Shown here one piece after another: positions 50,580-52,944 of a stretch of DNA of 52,944 nucleotides. The notes below the pieces were generated by a model. That model was not told the DNA's origin. It made no database searches and saw only the letters and a list, made by a program, of their open reading frames with translations. The position numbers and the translations under genes are program-made. The first letter of the stretch is position 1, and each line of letters opens with the position of its first letter. The DNA is from Stramenopiles sp. TOSAG23-3 (taxonomy: Eukaryota), in the NCBI GenBank assembly GCA_900128585.1, contig LT642158.1, forward strand, positions 1 to 52,944, given 5' to 3'.

Positions 50580-51635
50580 ATGGCGTCTCTTGCTGACTCG
50601 GGTGGGGCAGGGGCAGCGTCGAACGCTGCTATACTGGAGAAAGCGGTAGAATTGGCTTACCAGAGGAACCATGAATTAGCGTACAAGTTTTTCGTCCGAG
50701 CTGTGGAGAATGATCCGCAGAATCCTAGCGTCTTGTCCTTGTACGGGGAATTTCTCGCAGAATGTGGACAAATTGTCGAGGCGAAGCAAGTGCTACAAAA
50801 GTGCGTTGAGTTTGGTGGGAACGGGACGGTTTACTTTTCTCTGGGGCAGCTTCAAGACGGCTTGGAGGCAGTCACAAGTTTCCGATGTGGAATTGAAGCT
50901 CTAGAGCAAGAACTCGCCAACGAAGATGCCCAGCCCACAGGGGACGATGCGAACTCCCCAACGGAAACGAAAAGGCGCGCTGTTGCCAGCGCGTACGTTA
51001 GGATAGGCGAAGTGTTTATGACCGAACTATGCTTCGACGAGAACGCTGAGAAAATATGCGAGACGTGTGCCCAAAAGGCCATGGAGATGGGTGGCGTGGG
51101 CAATGTTGAGGCGCTGCACTTTGCGGCTAGTGTCTATTTATCTATGCGTTTGGCAGAGAAGGCGAAGGTGTGCATCAACCAAGCGGTGGATGTCATCCAG
51201 CGCCTTGCCGATGACGGCGCAGAGGCGGAGGAGGAGACGCAGATAAGCTACGACGTTCGGCTCGGGGTGGCGAAAGTTTTGATGGAGGTAGGGGAGCCGG
51301 GAAAAGCAACGGTGGTACTAGAGACGCTTTTACTAGAAAATGACAATGATATTGAATGCTGGTACTTGGCTGGACATGCTTACATGGCAGTAGAAGAGAG
51401 CAACACGGCCGAGCAGTACTTTAAACGTGCGGCAGACATGATGAAAGAAGTTGTAAAGCACAATCGGGCGAGTGCAGGTGTAGATGGGCAACCAAAGGAG
51501 TTCGAACAGCAAGAAAACTACTTGAACGACATTTTGAAGGGCTTGGGGGCTGCAAAAAAGGCGAGCGCGGTTGCGAAATCAAAGCCCGTGACTCGAGAGG
51601 GTAGAGGCGAGGATACATTGATGTCGGAAGACTGA
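50580..51635 (+). CDS. TPR protein, ACL4-like (assembly chaperone of ribosomal protein uL4/Rpl4)
   Basis: TPR helices; VYFSLGQL..GLEAVTSFRCGI and IGEVFMTELCFDENAEKICE match the Acl4-type motif; ENDNDIECWYLAG. First ATG at 50580. Confidence 0.75.
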   Translation: MASLADSGGAGAASNAAILEKAVELAYQRNHELAYKFFVRAVENDPQNPSVLSLYGEFLAECGQIVEAKQVLQKCVEFGGNGTVYFSLGQLQDGLEAVTSFRCGIEALEQELANEDAQPTGDDANSPTETKRRAVASAYVRIGEVFMTELCFDENAEKICETCAQKAMEMGGVGNVEALHFAASVYLSMRLAEKAKVCINQAVDVIQRLADDGAEAEEETQISYDVRLGVAKVLMEVGEPGKATVVLETLLLENDNDIECWYLAGHAYMAVEESNTAEQYFKRAADMMKEVVKHNRASAGVDGQPKEFEQQENYLNDILKGLGAAKKASAVAKSKPVTREGRGEDTLMSED

Positions 51636-51895
51636 AGAAAGACTGTATGTGGGGGTGGGGGGCGATAAATTATCTGAAAGTAGTAGACGAGAGTGCGAGA
51701 GGAGAGATTTACGAGGGCGTACACAAAGGCAAGGACTTCGGCCACGCGTACAAAGTACAATAATGGTTACAAATATAATATTAAGAGATCTTAATGAAGG
51801 ACTTCAACTTTGAAGCATATATATTTTTAAGCCCTCATTTGTCAGCGCACGCGCCAACAACTGCACGGCGAGTACGAACGCCCGCCAAGGGCCCA

Positions 51896-52387
51896 TCAGT
51901 CGTATTTTGTCGTGTTGATACCAAACGCTCGGACACGGTGCATAAATGGCATCTTCGCAACAAGCGATACGACAAAAATTACAACGTTGGGGTACATCAA
52001 GGAAAAGTAATCCTGGGAATCGCGCAGTGCGTGCATTGCTGCAAAGAACAAGACAACAGGAACCAGCGTTAGGAACCGCTTTGAGTTGGTCCACGCGTGC
52101 CCTCCGTCCAGCTGCTCCCACCAAGTCAGGTCGTCGTACTCCCCTTGGTCTGCTTCGACGACAGAGCCCTTCCGCCAATGTAAACTATAAAGGGTCAAAA
52201 GACCATGAGCGCAGTGCAAATAAGTAAACACACGTGGCCAGTCAGACAGCCCGTCTTCTTTTAAGACCGTCAAAGACAGGATGACAAACACTACAAACGT
52301 AGAGAGCATATAAAAGGTCCCGGCTCCTCGGTTCATTATCCCTGCATTTTTGTTGATTTCATTTTCAGCGTCTGTATCCGACTCCAT
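51896..52387 (-). CDS. ORM1: ORM1/ORMDL sphingolipid-synthesis regulator (alternative in-frame ATG at 52525)
   Basis: LHWRKGS, QGEYDDLTWWEQLDGG..WTNSKRFLTLVPVVLF, AKMPFMHRVRAFGIN. Confidence 0.92.
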   Translation of the reverse strand: MESDTDAENEINKNAGIMNRGAGTFYMLSTFVVFVILSLTVLKEDGLSDWPRVFTYLHCAHGLLTLYSLHWRKGSVVEADQGEYDDLTWWEQLDGGHAWTNSKRFLTLVPVVLFFAAMHALRDSQDYFSLMYPNVVIFVVSLVAKMPFMHRVRAFGINTTKYD

Positions 52388-52944
52388 ATTTTTCGAGATC
52401 TCTTCTGCGTGGTTCACTCTCGACGGCAAATACAATGAATACAACGAATGGCGCACCGATGGGCTTGGATGTTTCCTTTTTGGTTTTATTTCATCGTTAT
52501 CAATTGCATAATTGAGTTCATTCATTTATATATTATATTCCTTGATTCACACATTTGATTATTCGGTGGTCGGGTGTGGTGAGTGATGATGATCGATCAT
52601 CATTCATCATCATCCATCCTCTCGTGGTTTGTGTTGTTGTGTTGACCTTCTTCTTCTTCTTCTTCATCTTTTTTTTTTTTTCCTTCCTCTCTTTATTCTG
52701 TTGTTCTATTATTCTTTTTTCTCCTCTTTTTGTTTTTATTGCTATTACACTGTATATATAATAATAATAATAATAATGCATTTATCTTGTTGATGCTATA
52801 TGCTATACTCTATACGTATATTACACTACCTCACCTCGGCACCTACATATCTGATAGAAGATTACAATACGGTTTCATTTAGAACAAGGAAAAGACACAT
52901 AATACAAAAATAAAAAGTGACCTCTCCACTCTCCCCTCTCCTCC

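Noticed and set aside
217..52525. Alternative genetic code, stop readthrough or selenocysteine
   Set aside because: TAA, TAG and TGA each end genes, conserved proteins (IFT122, CDC50, ORMDL, RPB9) end where expected, none has an internal stop, and no convincing SECIS was seen.
2209..52597. Recurrent ATCGAT in spacers
   Set aside because: About eight sites; a rough composition-based estimate predicts around five by chance.
13884..52760. A rule that GAA tracts always lie on the sense strand upstream of genes
   Set aside because: Holds for RPB9, 29614, ACL4-like and ORMDL but is reversed at 3001-3063, 43840-43922 and 49520-49670.
1..52944. CRISPR array, tRNA/rRNA, transposase, prophage or giant-virus insertion
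   Set aside because: No repeat-spacer array, cloverleaf, rRNA-like sequence or integrase/RT/capsid ORF was recognised. The ankyrin and RCC1-like genes sit among core eukaryotic genes with similar spacers.

Overview
Eukaryotic nuclear DNA from a gene-dense, apparently intron-poor flagellated protist. A stramenopile is plausible, but that is inference only. The standard code applies: TAA, TAG and TGA all end genes. Sixteen long single-exon CDSs are separated by AT-rich low-complexity spacers, and 13 of 15 neighbouring pairs switch strand, giving short convergent 3' gaps and 0.9-2.1 kb divergent spacers. In order: repeat-capped ankyrin protein; ~3270-aa secreted/surface protein (RCC1-like propellers, cadherin-like sandwiches, tail-sheath-like motif, TNFR-like Cys repeats); RPB9; four consecutive cilia-associated genes (TSNAXIP1-like, DRC12/CCDC153-like, EF-hand/WD40, IFT122); polytopic DedA/VTT-like membrane protein; BAR-NEK-like kinase; CDC50; basic orphan; CCCH-finger CDK12/CDKC-like kinase; GH38 alpha-mannosidase with a C-terminal anchor; coiled-coil orphan; ACL4-like TPR protein; ORMDL. 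There are two N gaps. I recognised no rRNA, tRNA, CRISPR array or intact mobile element, and I cannot demonstrate one complete new system. The best leads are the mosaic giant surface protein, the ciliary gene run, the CCCH-CDK with an altered APE motif, tandem mitochondrial-carrier-like relic fragments in a 3' gap, and a recurrent KGGTCGG upstream motif. All family calls come from visual motif recognition, not database searches.
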